A stretch of 64,000 bases of DNA from a virus (Duplodnaviria; Caudoviricetes): positions 766-64,765 of IMG/VR virus record IMGVR_UViG_3300017788_000019; one strand, 5' to 3'. Of this stretch, positions 51,556 to 60,752 are shown one piece after another. A program made the translations under genes and the position numbers. Numbering within the stretch: position 1 is the first letter of the stretch; every line of letters begins with the position of its first letter. Under the pieces are notes generated by a model. It worked only from the letters and a program-made list of their open reading frames with translations, made no database searches and had not been told where the DNA came from.

Positions 51556-52269
51556 ATGAAAGAACAAATACAGCTAACTAAAAAACTATTTAAATATTTT
51601 TCTGATGAATTTAAAACTGATCAGAATTTTATGGAAAATTTCTTGATCCCACACTTAGGATTAAATGATGAATTCCTCCACGAGCAACCCATTGAACTGT
51701 CAACTTATTATGGACATGGATTGGGGCTTAAAATCTGGCAGTATCCGCATCAAATAAGTAAGTATTTAATTTTATTAAATAAATATTCTAAGTTAATAAA
51801 GTCATATGCTGAGATAGGATGCAGAAATGGCGGAACCTTTATACTACATTGCGAGTATTTAAATCACCTATCTAAAGCGTTTGCAATAGACATAATAGAA
51901 GAAACAAATACCCTAAAAGAGTATAGAAGTCAAACGGATTATGTTCAATATATGCAGGCTAATTCGCAGTCAGATTCTTTTAAAGATTTTATTAGTTTAA
52001 ATAAGTTTGATTTAATATTTATTGATGGAGATCATTCTTATGACGGAGTGAAATCCGATGCAGAGGCAACGAGAGAGTCCTGTAATATACAGGTTTTTCA
52101 CGATATAGTTAACAATGCATGTCCTGGAGTAGGACAGTATTGGGGGGAGTTAAAATTAAATTATAATGACACATATGATTTTTACGAGTTTACGGATCAA
52201 TATGATTCTGTAGATGGCACGTTTTTGGGTATAGGCGTTGCCATCAGAAAAAAGTGGATTACTATATAA
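51556..52269 (+). CDS. Class I SAM-dependent methyltransferase (Methyltransf_24-like)
   Basis: EIGCRNGGT, FDLIFIDGDHSYDGV..D, FHDI, GV..YW.EL. Confidence 0.85.
   Translation: MKEQIQLTKKLFKYFSDEFKTDQNFMENFLIPHLGLNDEFLHEQPIELSTYYGHGLGLKIWQYPHQISKYLILLNKYSKLIKSYAEIGCRNGGTFILHCEYLNHLSKAFAIDIIEETNTLKEYRSQTDYVQYMQANSQSDSFKDFISLNKFDLIFIDGDHSYDGVKSDAEATRESCNIQVFHDIVNNACPGVGQYWGELKLNYNDTYDFYEFTDQYDSVDGTFLGIGVAIRKKWITI
52258..52266 (+). promoter_or_regulatory. ATTACTATA putative late promoter
   Basis: Exact copy at the end of the methyltransferase gene, upstream of the endolysin. Confidence 0.6.
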
Positions 52270-52304
52270 ATATCTTAAGATATAATTTAAAAGGAGAAAA
52301 AAAA

Positions 52305-52823
52305 ATGCCTAGAGCATACACAGGTAATAAAGACGGTTTAAGCAAAGAAGGCGCAAAACCAGGCACAGTAAAACTTGTTGAGTTTTGCAAAAAGCGTTGG
52401 GGATTTAGTAATCTTGGAATTTTTGTCAATCGCTCTATGAATAACCCTAAGGCTACAAAGGGTGATCCCAAGTGGTTGTCTGTCCACGCAACCGGTAGAG
52501 CTTGTGACATCGGATACACAGATCGCAAGAAAGCTGTTGAAGCATGGGATTGGTTTATGAAGTATACCAAGGAGCTGGGAATTGAAGAGCTCCATGACTA
52601 CGCATACGACTCAAACGTCAATGATAAGAAGCCGGGCTGGGGTCGCGGATATCGCTGCAGTCGCGGTGAGGGCGAAAAAGGCGTAAAGATTTATGACGCC
52701 ACAAATAACGCTGGCTCACAAGGTGGCAAGTGGCTGCACATAGAACTTTCTCCAGAGATGGCAGCAGACGCCGCTAAGTTTGAAGCTGCATGGAGAGCAC
52801 TTCCTAAGCCTGGTAAAGCCTAA
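52305..52823 (+). CDS. Putative endolysin, M15-like zinc peptidase
   Basis: R...S-V-H-ATGRAC-D and W-L-H-I-E motifs; AAGGAG RBS. Confidence 0.75.
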   Translation: MPRAYTGNKDGLSKEGAKPGTVKLVEFCKKRWGFSNLGIFVNRSMNNPKATKGDPKWLSVHATGRACDIGYTDRKKAVEAWDWFMKYTKELGIEELHDYAYDSNVNDKKPGWGRGYRCSRGEGEKGVKIYDATNNAGSQGGKWLHIELSPEMAADAAKFEAAWRALPKPGKA

Positions 52824-52831
52824 GTTTGGCT

Positions 52832-52963
52832 TTGGAAGTATTGATTTTTATGGTAAAGCTTATTATTGCTTTGTCATTAGGATTAATTCTTTTTCCTATT
52901 GTCTTAGTTAGAGTATTAGAATGTTTCTTTAGAGAATCTGATTTTGATGAGAAAATTGACTAA
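52832..52963 (+). CDS. Tiny membrane protein
   Basis: Single long hydrophobic helix after the endolysin. Confidence 0.4.
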   Translation: MEVLIFMVKLIIALSLGLILFPIVLVRVLECFFRESDFDEKID

Positions 52964-52968
52964 GTAAC

Positions 52969-52977
52969 TGGTATAAT
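52969..52977 (+). promoter_or_regulatory. Extended -10 promoter (TG-G-TATAAT)
   Basis: Consensus match, intergenic. Confidence 0.55.
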
Positions 52978-53004
52978 ATACTTCTTGCAACGGAGGCCGG
53001 TGCT

Positions 53005-53044
53005 AAGCCCCAGTGGATTTGTTTCCACTGGGGCTTTCCCCTTT
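53005..53044 (+). terminator. Intrinsic terminator-like hairpin
   Basis: AAGCCCCAGTGGA-TTTGTT-TCCACTGGGGCTT followed by TCCCCTTT. Confidence 0.75.
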
Positions 53045-53072
53045 CTGTATAGCAACATATTTTAGTTAGCGC

Positions 53073-53081
53073 ATTACTATA
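53073..53081 (+). promoter_or_regulatory. ATTACTATA putative late promoter
   Basis: Exact intergenic copy, GGAGG RBS downstream. Confidence 0.65.
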
Positions 53082-53107
53082 AAACATAACTACCTGGAGG
53101 GGCAAAA

Positions 53108-55282
53108 ATGCGCATCAAACCACGAAAAGGTTCTTGGATTCTTGGCGTACTCTTTTTAGTTAGTGTTATTTTTTCTAATTTTTCTGCTTCTGCCCAATCC
53201 GAACCAGGCCTTAATGTAACGGTTTACAATAACTTTGGCTACAACGCTTCGCCCCCACTACCTACGGTCAGCGGTCGTCCGGTTGTTGGAACCACGACCC
53301 TCGCTCAAATTAATCAAAACTTTGACAGTGCACCGCTGTTCAATATGTATGAAGACTTTATTGTTAAATATGAAGGCTACATAACCCTGCCCGTGACAGG
53401 CTCGTTCAGATTTCTACCCAGCGCAGATGACGGAACCAAACTCTATATAGACAATGTTTTAATAGACGACAACTGGATTGACAAGGGCGGCGGGGGCAAC
53501 CCGTCACAGTACGTTTCTTTTAGCGCTGGAGTTTCCAAGCCAATTACATATTGGTATTACGAAAATGGTGGCGGAGCGAATACAACCCTCTACTGGGATA
53601 TAGGTTCGGGATGGGAGATAGTCCCCGCGTCTGCTTTTACAAAGACAGTTGTTGTGCCAACCACGACTACCACAAGTACTACAACTACAACAATAGCACC
53701 ATACTTTAACTCTGTTCAAAATCTAACAGCAGTAGCAGACGACGATGGGAATGTTGTTTTAGACTGGGATGCTCCAACGCTAAGCAATACTGCCCCATAT
53801 ATGTACAACATTTTGTTTTATGACCTCGTTGATGAAGAGGAAACTAGCGGTTGGGGAGTGTGGACATACGCCGCAAACACTTCATACAGCCTCGGTCCAT
53901 GGATGTGGCCCGGCACAACTGGATACGGACCAGTGAGGTTCAAGATTCAAGCAGGGACAGCCCCATGTGTCGGAGAGGGTCAGGGGTCTTGTTTGTACGG
54001 ACCCCAGGCAACTGTTGATGTCGTAGTGATTGACCCAACTCCCCCTACTACTACTACTACTACTACTACGACCACTACAACGACCACTACAACCACTACT
54101 ACTACCACCACTACCACTACTACTACCGTTCCAGAAACGACAACCACCACTGAACCAAAACCAGAGCCAACTGTTCCTGAGACAACCACCACAGTCCCAG
54201 AGTCGCCATCTACTGGAACCACCACTACAACTGAACCTGAAATAACAACAACTACAGAGCCAGAACAAGAACCAGATACAACTACAACAACTGATGTTCA
54301 ACCAGAACCTACTCCAGATCCAGATCCAGAACCCGATCCAGAAACGCCAGAGGGTGAAACGCCTCAAGTCACTGCCGATAATTTAGATGAAGTTTTAAAT
54401 GGAGAAATTACACCAGAGGTCGTTGATGCTGTCTTGGACGGAATTACATCTGGCGATATTGAGATTACTAATGAAATAGCCGATCAACTGGTAGACGTTT
54501 TAACTAGCGGAGATGCAACAGCAAAGCAAGTAGTTGAGTTGATTGATGCTCTTATTGAAGCAGATAGTTTAGATCCAGAAATAGCTACCGAACTTGCTAC
54601 CTCACCAGAAGTTTTAGAGTCTGTTACCGCTGAACAAGCAGCTGAAATCTTTGATGCAATTGATACATCAGAAATAACAGATGAACAAAAGTCTGAAATT
54701 ATAGACGCTGTTCAAGATGCTCCACAAGAAGTTAAGGAATCTTTTGAAGAAGAGATTAATATCTATGCGGATGGATTTGATGATTATGTTCCAGTCGGTT
54801 CGGTAATTGATGTCGGAACTAGAAGAAGTCTTATAGCTGCAACTACAGTTCTTTCGACTCTAACAGTTGGAGCAGCAGCATCGGGTGGATCTGGTGGTCC
54901 TTCTTCTCGTGGACCTTCACCATCTGGAGGAGGAGGATCTAGTGGCCCAGATCCAAACACAGCTGCTAGAAAAGAAGATGAGCCAGAAGAAGAGGAAGAA
55001 GAAGCCGCTGAGATAGAAGGCCCAGAAGTGGACGAAGAAGAAAATACCTTTACTAGAAATAGTATATTTAAATATCAGGAGGGAACAATGAAAAGAACTT
55101 TTAACCCTTGGGGTTTTGTTAAAAAGTTCGCAAAAGAAACTGCTGCATTAGCTTTTACTATATCAGGTACAGTAATTGTTTTTGCAACCCTTTCTGGAGA
55201 CACAAGAAAAATTACATTAATAGCAACAAGCTGTGCATTTGCGGTCCACTATATAAACGCAATGCTACAAAATGATGAATGA
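53108..55282 (+). CDS. Exported membrane-anchored protein: PA14 domain, FN3-like domain, Thr/Pro linker, acidic repeats, C-terminal TM helices
   Basis: Signal peptide ending ASA; PA14 motifs ADDGTKLYID and YYENGGGA; poly-Thr; hydrophobic C-terminus. Confidence 0.8.
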   Translation: MRIKPRKGSWILGVLFLVSVIFSNFSASAQSEPGLNVTVYNNFGYNASPPLPTVSGRPVVGTTTLAQINQNFDSAPLFNMYEDFIVKYEGYITLPVTGSFRFLPSADDGTKLYIDNVLIDDNWIDKGGGGNPSQYVSFSAGVSKPITYWYYENGGGANTTLYWDIGSGWEIVPASAFTKTVVVPTTTTTSTTTTTIAPYFNSVQNLTAVADDDGNVVLDWDAPTLSNTAPYMYNILFYDLVDEEETSGWGVWTYAANTSYSLGPWMWPGTTGYGPVRFKIQAGTAPCVGEGQGSCLYGPQATVDVVVIDPTPPTTTTTTTTTTTTTTTTTTTTTTTTTTTVPETTTTTEPKPEPTVPETTTTVPESPSTGTTTTTEPEITTTTEPEQEPDTTTTTDVQPEPTPDPDPEPDPETPEGETPQVTADNLDEVLNGEITPEVVDAVLDGITSGDIEITNEIADQLVDVLTSGDATAKQVVELIDALIEADSLDPEIATELATSPEVLESVTAEQAAEIFDAIDTSEITDEQKSEIIDAVQDAPQEVKESFEEEINIYADGFDDYVPVGSVIDVGTRRSLIAATTVLSTLTVGAAASGGSGGPSSRGPSPSGGGGSSGPDPNTAARKEDEPEEEEEEAAEIEGPEVDEEENTFTRNSIFKYQEGTMKRTFNPWGFVKKFAKETAALAFTISGTVIVFATLSGDTRKITLIATSCAFAVHYINAMLQNDE
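54047..54127 (+). repeat. (ACN)n Thr-codon tandem repeat
   Basis: Uninterrupted run of ACT/ACC/ACG/ACA codons. Confidence 0.9.
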
Positions 55283-55292
55283 GGAAAACAAA

Positions 55293-56772
55293 TTGAAAAA
55301 AATAGGTTTAGTCTTAGTATTTTTAGGAATACTTCTTGGAACTAATGTTGTATCTTTTGATAGATCAAATAAACAATTTATAATTGCTGGGACTCCAGCT
55401 TTAGCAAACACGGGTGGACGGCCCAATTGTTCTTGATGGCATGGACCCTGTCTGCCATGCCGGAATGGGCGAAAATACAGACCAGTACATAGCAAAAGTT
55501 GTTAAGAGTGTTTACGACCAGTCAACAATGCCTAGCAATAATGGAAAGATTGCCATCCTTGGTATTGCTAGTGCAACAACTGCTGGTGGATGCGGTGATA
55601 ACTGGACAACACTGCTTAATACAAAGTTTCTTACTCAATTCGGAACTCTTGCTTCTGGCCTACAACCAGAAGTTCAATTTATAACTACGTCTTCTGAACT
55701 AACTACATTCTTCTCAACTGGCATAACAGCAACACCACCAAGAATGTTATGGATACCAGACGACTGGGGCAGAGCTGGTGCAATCAATGCATTGTTCACC
55801 AGCAATGCAGAAAAAATTGCTGACTTTGTTAACTCTGGCGGTGGTCTTTTCGCAAACTACAACCCGTATGGTTGGTTAACAGCTCTTCTTCCAAGCGCAG
55901 TTTTTAACGACGGTGGCTGCAATGGTGGACCAGATGCAACGGCTGATGGGACTGCAGATTTCGGTTTAACCAACACAATGGTTGCTGCATGTTGGCATGG
56001 GTATTTCACGGGTAATGTTGGAACACTAAAAACTCTTGTTGATTATCCATATCCAACTGGCAGCACTCGTAAGGCGGTATCAATAGGTGGAGGAAGTGTC
56101 AGTCTTCCAAGCTCTTTTACTCTGGCTATTAGTCCTACAAACCCAGCAGCCGGAACACCACTCACAATCACGGCAACAGCCCAAACAATTGCCGGAGTCC
56201 CACAAGCCGGAGTAGTTGTCAGCATGACCGTCAGCAGTGGGCCAGATGCCGGCCAGACATTTACTGCAACAACCGACTCTCTCGGCATTGCAACAATAAC
56301 AGTAAATACTTCCTCGATTGGAACAAATGTTTATACGGCCACAGCAACAGTTAATGGAGTATCAAAAACTGTTTCCGCAACAGTTACATGGAGTCCTCCC
56401 CCGACGACAACTACTAGTTCCACAACTACTACAGAGCCTGCCCCAACTACTACTGAAGCTCCAACTACAACAGTAGCACCTACAACCACAGTTGCACCAA
56501 CTACAACCGTAGAGACTACTACAACTGTTGCTCCGACTACTACAAATGCTCCAATTTTAACTATAGCACCAGTAGTCACAAGTATTGCGCCTACGACCAC
56601 TGAATCAGTTGTTGTGGTTCCAGAAACAATAGCCCCAACTACTACAGTGCATGATCACAGCTCCCACAGCCATGGACCTCTGCCAAAAACCGGGAGTAGC
56701 ATTTTTGCCTGGGCTTTAATAGCTATTGGATTGGTACTATTTGGAATATCGGTTCTTAAAGTTAAAAAATAA
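55293..56772 (+). CDS. LPXTG cell-wall-anchored protein with Ig-like domain and Thr-rich stalk (492 aa after +1 join at CGG 55419)
   Basis: Signal peptide KKIGLVLVFLGILLG...ALA in frame 0; body in +1 frame; (V/E)APTTT repeats; LPKTG + hydrophobic helix + KVKK. Confidence 0.8.
55419..55422 (+). other. +1 frame-break site GGA-CGGC
   Basis: Links the signal peptide to the LPXTG protein body. Confidence 0.8.
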
Positions 56773-56810
56773 AGGATTATAGTTAAAAGAAACAAGAATA
56801 AGAATAATTC

Positions 56811-56819
56811 ATTACTATA
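56811..56819 (+). promoter_or_regulatory. ATTACTATA putative late promoter
   Basis: Exact intergenic copy before the holin-like gene. Confidence 0.6.
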
Positions 56820-56828
56820 GGAGGGAAA

Positions 56829-57078
56829 GTGAAAACAATTATTAATATTTTGTTAAGGATCATAGCAACTTTTGCTGCATCGGGATTAAGTGTCATAGGT
56901 GCCGGTGCCATAGCCGGAGTTCCTCTATGGAAGGCTTGTTTCATGGCGCGGAATGGCAGGAGTTGCGACCGTAGTAGAAGGCTTGTCAAGAGCTTTCTTG
57001 GATGACGGTAAATTATCCACATCAGAAATTAATCAGGTTTTTAATAGAGTCGACAAGAAGGCTTCTAAACCAGAATAA
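56829..57078 (+). CDS. Holin-like membrane protein (82 aa after +1 join at CGG 56949)
   Basis: GGAGG RBS, GTG start; RIIATFAASGLSVIGAGAIAGV.LWKACFMA-G-MAGVATVVEGLSRAFLDDGKL...EIN; absent from the ORF track. Confidence 0.65.
56949..56952 (+). other. +1 frame-break site GCG-CGGA
   Basis: Codon 41 of the holin-like gene. Confidence 0.8.
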
Positions 57079-57088
57079 GGATTAGTTA

Positions 57089-59923
57089 ATGTCATTACCA
57101 GTACCTCCTAATATAACACAGGGTCAAATTGCTTTAGACCCTGTAAATGGCGTTGTCTACTATAAAGATGACAATGGCGATCTTGTAGCCACTACATGGT
57201 CTTGGCTAAGAGATGATATAGCCAATATAAGTACTGATGATGAAGTTTTAATTGACGCAGACTTAACCGTAGCTGGCGACTTAATTATACAGGGCGATAC
57301 AGTTAGCCTTAATGTAGCTCAAGTATTAATAGAAGATAATATTCTTGTTTTAAATTCTAATTACACTGAGGCCCCAGTTCTAAATGCTGGTATAGAAGTT
57401 GAAAGAGGCTCAGAACCTAATGTATTAATTAGGTGGAATGAGCTTGACAATAAATGGCAATTTACAAATGACGGAACAACGTATCTTGATTTAAATTCAA
57501 TTATAGAGAACTCTGTCACATTAGGGCTTCATACGGTAGGTGAATACGTTAAGAATATCACTGCGGGTACTGGGGTATCTGTCACAATGCCTTCAGGAGA
57601 AGGCGCAACTCCTACTATTTCTATTGGTCAAGATGTATCCACTGAAGCTACACCAAATTTTGCTAGGGTTATAGCCCCACTCACTGGTAATGTAACTGGA
57701 AACGTTACAGGTAACTTAACTGGAAATGTAACGGGAACTGTTTCCAGCCTATCTAATCACTCAATTGATAATCTATCTGATGTTGCAATAACAGGCGCTG
57801 CTGATGGTGATTTTTTAAGATATAACGGCGCAAATTGGATTAACGATCCAGTTAACCTTACAACCGATACTGTTGGAGATTATGTAGCCAAGCTGGCCTC
57901 TGGCACTGGAATTACTATAACAAACAATTCTGGAGAAGGTGCCACACCAAATATTTCAATTGATTCCACTGTTGTAACGACTGCAGATACTGGCACGGTT
58001 ACTTCAACAATGATTGCCAATGGAACGATTGTTAATGCCGACATCGATGCTTCTGCTGCTATTGACAAGACAAAGATTTCAGGAACTGCAATAACCGCTG
58101 CAGACACAAGCACAGTTACAAATACTATGCTGGCTGGTTCAATAGCTTTAACTAAACTTTTATCTGACACAACAACAGCACTTGGCTTAGGAACTATTGA
58201 GCTTGGTCACGCTACCGATACCACAATTGCTCGTTCTGCAGCTGGAGTTATTACTGTTGAAGGAGTAGAAGTTGTTACTATATCAAGCTCTCAAACTTTA
58301 ACCAATAAAACTATTTCTGCTGGATCAAACACAATTAGTGATTTAACAAACTCTAATCTTTCTGGAACAGCTGGTATAACTAATGCTAATTTAGCTAATA
58401 GTTCTATCACAATTAATGGACAAAGTATTTCTTTAGGTAGTTCTGCTACAATAACAGCAGCAGCTGAAACATTAACTGGAACCACATTAAATTCTACAGT
58501 AGTTGGATCCAGCCTCACTTCTGTGGGGACATTATCTAGCTTAACGGTTTCTGGCAATATAACAGCTTCTGGATTGATTCTTGATGGAATAGAAATAGAT
58601 GCAGCTACACCATCTGATACAAACGTACTTAAATATAGTTCCGCTTTAAACAAATATATTCCAGGTGTTGCTTCTACTGTTGCAGCTCTTGATGATTTAA
58701 CAGACGTAGTCATAACATCAGCGACTCCAAATCAAGTACTTAAATATGATGGATATAACTGGGTAAATGCAGTTAGCCCATCATCCGTAGAGGGAACCAC
58801 TTATTTTTCCACCATAGGAAATGGTACGGATTCTACTTTTACAATTACACATGGTTTATCAACCAGAGATGTTGTAGTTTCTTTTACCGAAACTAGTTCT
58901 CCTTATGCAAGCTTTAGTACTTTATGGGAAGCCACTACCTTAAATGCTATTACTGTTTACTTTGAAACGCCACCCGCATCAAATGCAGTAAGAGTAAGTA
59001 TATATGCAGCAGTTAGTGGAGTGGCAATAACTACTGATCTTGATTCTTTAACAGACGTTTCTTTAGGTAGTTTGGCCAATGGAGACTTTTTAATATATAA
59101 TGGATCAGCTTGGATTAATAATCCAGCAACGATTCAACTGACTGGACATGTGACGGGTTCAGCCTCGTTCGATGGTTCAGCCAACGCATCAATTACCACA
59201 ACAATTGCTGCCAACTCTGTTACCCTTGGCACAGATACCACTGGCGACTATGTAGCATCTCTTGTTGCTGGGACTGGTGTCAGCCTTTCCAATAACTCTG
59301 GTGAAGGCGCAACGCCGACAGTTGCTATTGGTCAGGCCGTTGGAACTGCAGATAATCCTACTTTTGCAGGAGCAACTCTCGGCAATCTAAGATTTGGCGT
59401 TACTACTAACAATAGAATTGACACAATTAGTGGTGGTATAGATATATACCCAGCAAGCAAGGTTTCTGCGGGTACCACCGTTGGAGATGACGTTAATATC
59501 TATGCTGGCGAAGCAAACAGTGACGATGGGTTTGGCACAACGCAAGGTGGCACTCTTTATCTTAATGGGGGGTGGGGGGCTGACAGTTCGACATCAAATG
59601 AAGGCGGTAACGTTGTTATTAATGCCGGTCGAGCCTTTGGTCCGGGGGCAATAACAAACGCTGACGGAGACATTTATATCGGCGATCTCTACGCTGAAAC
59701 GGTGTACATTTCACGACCTAATAAAGCAACCACCGTCAATGGAAACTTGACCGTTTCTGGTGATACTAACGTAGGAAATCTTTTCGTTAACTCAGTGAAA
59801 ATAGATCCATCAGGTGCTTCCGTTGGCCAATCTTTAATTTATAGTGGCGGTAACTTTATACCAGGTTCACCATCAACAAATACTAGAGATGTTGAAATAA
59901 GAATAGCAATGAATGTTGAATAA
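57089..59923 (+). CDS. Tail fibre protein
   Basis: GDL..QG...V.IEDN, GNVTGNVTG repeats, three copies of V.L..(D/H)T.G.YV....AGTG.....SGEGATP, three copies of LD.L.DV.....G..L.YNG..W.N. Confidence 0.8.
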   Translation: MSLPVPPNITQGQIALDPVNGVVYYKDDNGDLVATTWSWLRDDIANISTDDEVLIDADLTVAGDLIIQGDTVSLNVAQVLIEDNILVLNSNYTEAPVLNAGIEVERGSEPNVLIRWNELDNKWQFTNDGTTYLDLNSIIENSVTLGLHTVGEYVKNITAGTGVSVTMPSGEGATPTISIGQDVSTEATPNFARVIAPLTGNVTGNVTGNLTGNVTGTVSSLSNHSIDNLSDVAITGAADGDFLRYNGANWINDPVNLTTDTVGDYVAKLASGTGITITNNSGEGATPNISIDSTVVTTADTGTVTSTMIANGTIVNADIDASAAIDKTKISGTAITAADTSTVTNTMLAGSIALTKLLSDTTTALGLGTIELGHATDTTIARSAAGVITVEGVEVVTISSSQTLTNKTISAGSNTISDLTNSNLSGTAGITNANLANSSITINGQSISLGSSATITAAAETLTGTTLNSTVVGSSLTSVGTLSSLTVSGNITASGLILDGIEIDAATPSDTNVLKYSSALNKYIPGVASTVAALDDLTDVVITSATPNQVLKYDGYNWVNAVSPSSVEGTTYFSTIGNGTDSTFTITHGLSTRDVVVSFTETSSPYASFSTLWEATTLNAITVYFETPPASNAVRVSIYAAVSGVAITTDLDSLTDVSLGSLANGDFLIYNGSAWINNPATIQLTGHVTGSASFDGSANASITTTIAANSVTLGTDTTGDYVASLVAGTGVSLSNNSGEGATPTVAIGQAVGTADNPTFAGATLGNLRFGVTTNNRIDTISGGIDIYPASKVSAGTTVGDDVNIYAGEANSDDGFGTTQGGTLYLNGGWGADSSTSNEGGNVVINAGRAFGPGAITNADGDIYIGDLYAETVYISRPNKATTVNGNLTVSGDTNVGNLFVNSVKIDPSGASVGQSLIYSGGNFIPGSPSTNTRDVEIRIAMNVE

Positions 59924-59953
59924 TCTTGAGGGATTATTTTTGAATAGAAAGGA

Positions 59954-60745
59954 ATGGTCGAGGCCATGCCAAATTTTTATAACTTATTAAGAGCAAGAAA
60001 ATTTTCAACAGCAGCTGATACAGCTGTTGAAATTGCACCATCCAGTAGTGCTACTCCAAACTTTGTAATTGAAGCTGGAGGTAAACTTAAATGGTCTTCT
60101 GGTTCAGCTACTGCGGATACAAATTTATACAGAGCAGCATCTAATGTTTTAAAGACTGACGACAGTTTTGATATTGCATCTGGTCAAACTTATAAGGTTG
60201 ATGGGGCAGATGTCCTAACGGCAACGACGCTTGGTTCTACTGTTGTTAATTCATCTTTGACGTCTGTTGGCAGTCTAACTTCACTAACTGCAGCAACGCC
60301 TAGTTTTAGCGGACCATTTAGCTCTTCTGATATATCCACTTTTACAAATACAATTTCCCTTCAACAATCTTTAGAAAAAACAAATCCAATAGGAAATATA
60401 ACTGGTACTGTAGCAATAAACCTTTTAACAGCAGGTGTTCATTCGGGCACTGGAACTGGTGCTTTTACTTTTAATTTTACGGGAACCAGTCCTGACACAA
60501 CGTTAAACTCCATTATGTCCAATAATCAGTCTATTACCTCTGTGGTTATAGTGACTAATACTACTGCCTATACTCTTGCGGCAATTCAGGTTGATGGAAC
60601 AACCTCTGGAGTAACAACTAGATGGTTTGGTGGATCTGGAATTCCGGCAGGCAATGCCAACTCTACAGACATTTATACAGTATCTATAATAAAAACAGAT
60701 TCCGCAACGTTTACTGTATATGCTAGCCAATCTAAATTTGCGTAG
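59954..60745 (+). CDS. Tail fibre-associated protein
   Basis: TLGSTVVNSSLTSVGSL motif shared with the upstream fibre; C-terminal W.GG..P.GN...DIYT..IIKT....FTVYAS...F domain. Confidence 0.7.
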   Translation: MVEAMPNFYNLLRARKFSTAADTAVEIAPSSSATPNFVIEAGGKLKWSSGSATADTNLYRAASNVLKTDDSFDIASGQTYKVDGADVLTATTLGSTVVNSSLTSVGSLTSLTAATPSFSGPFSSSDISTFTNTISLQQSLEKTNPIGNITGTVAINLLTAGVHSGTGTGAFTFNFTGTSPDTTLNSIMSNNQSITSVVIVTNTTAYTLAAIQVDGTTSGVTTRWFGGSGIPAGNANSTDIYTVSIIKTDSATFTVYASQSKFA

Positions 60746-60752
60746 GTAGTTT

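Noticed and set aside
53882-54367. Minus-strand poly-Val and Ser/Cys-rich ORFs
   Set aside because: Shadows of the Thr-codon repeat on the + strand; the same applies to 56331..56600 and 57880..58713.
57911-57919. Seventh ATTACTATA copy
   Set aside because: Inside the tail-fibre CDS (codons Ile-Thr-Ile) with no nearby gene start; probably coincidental.
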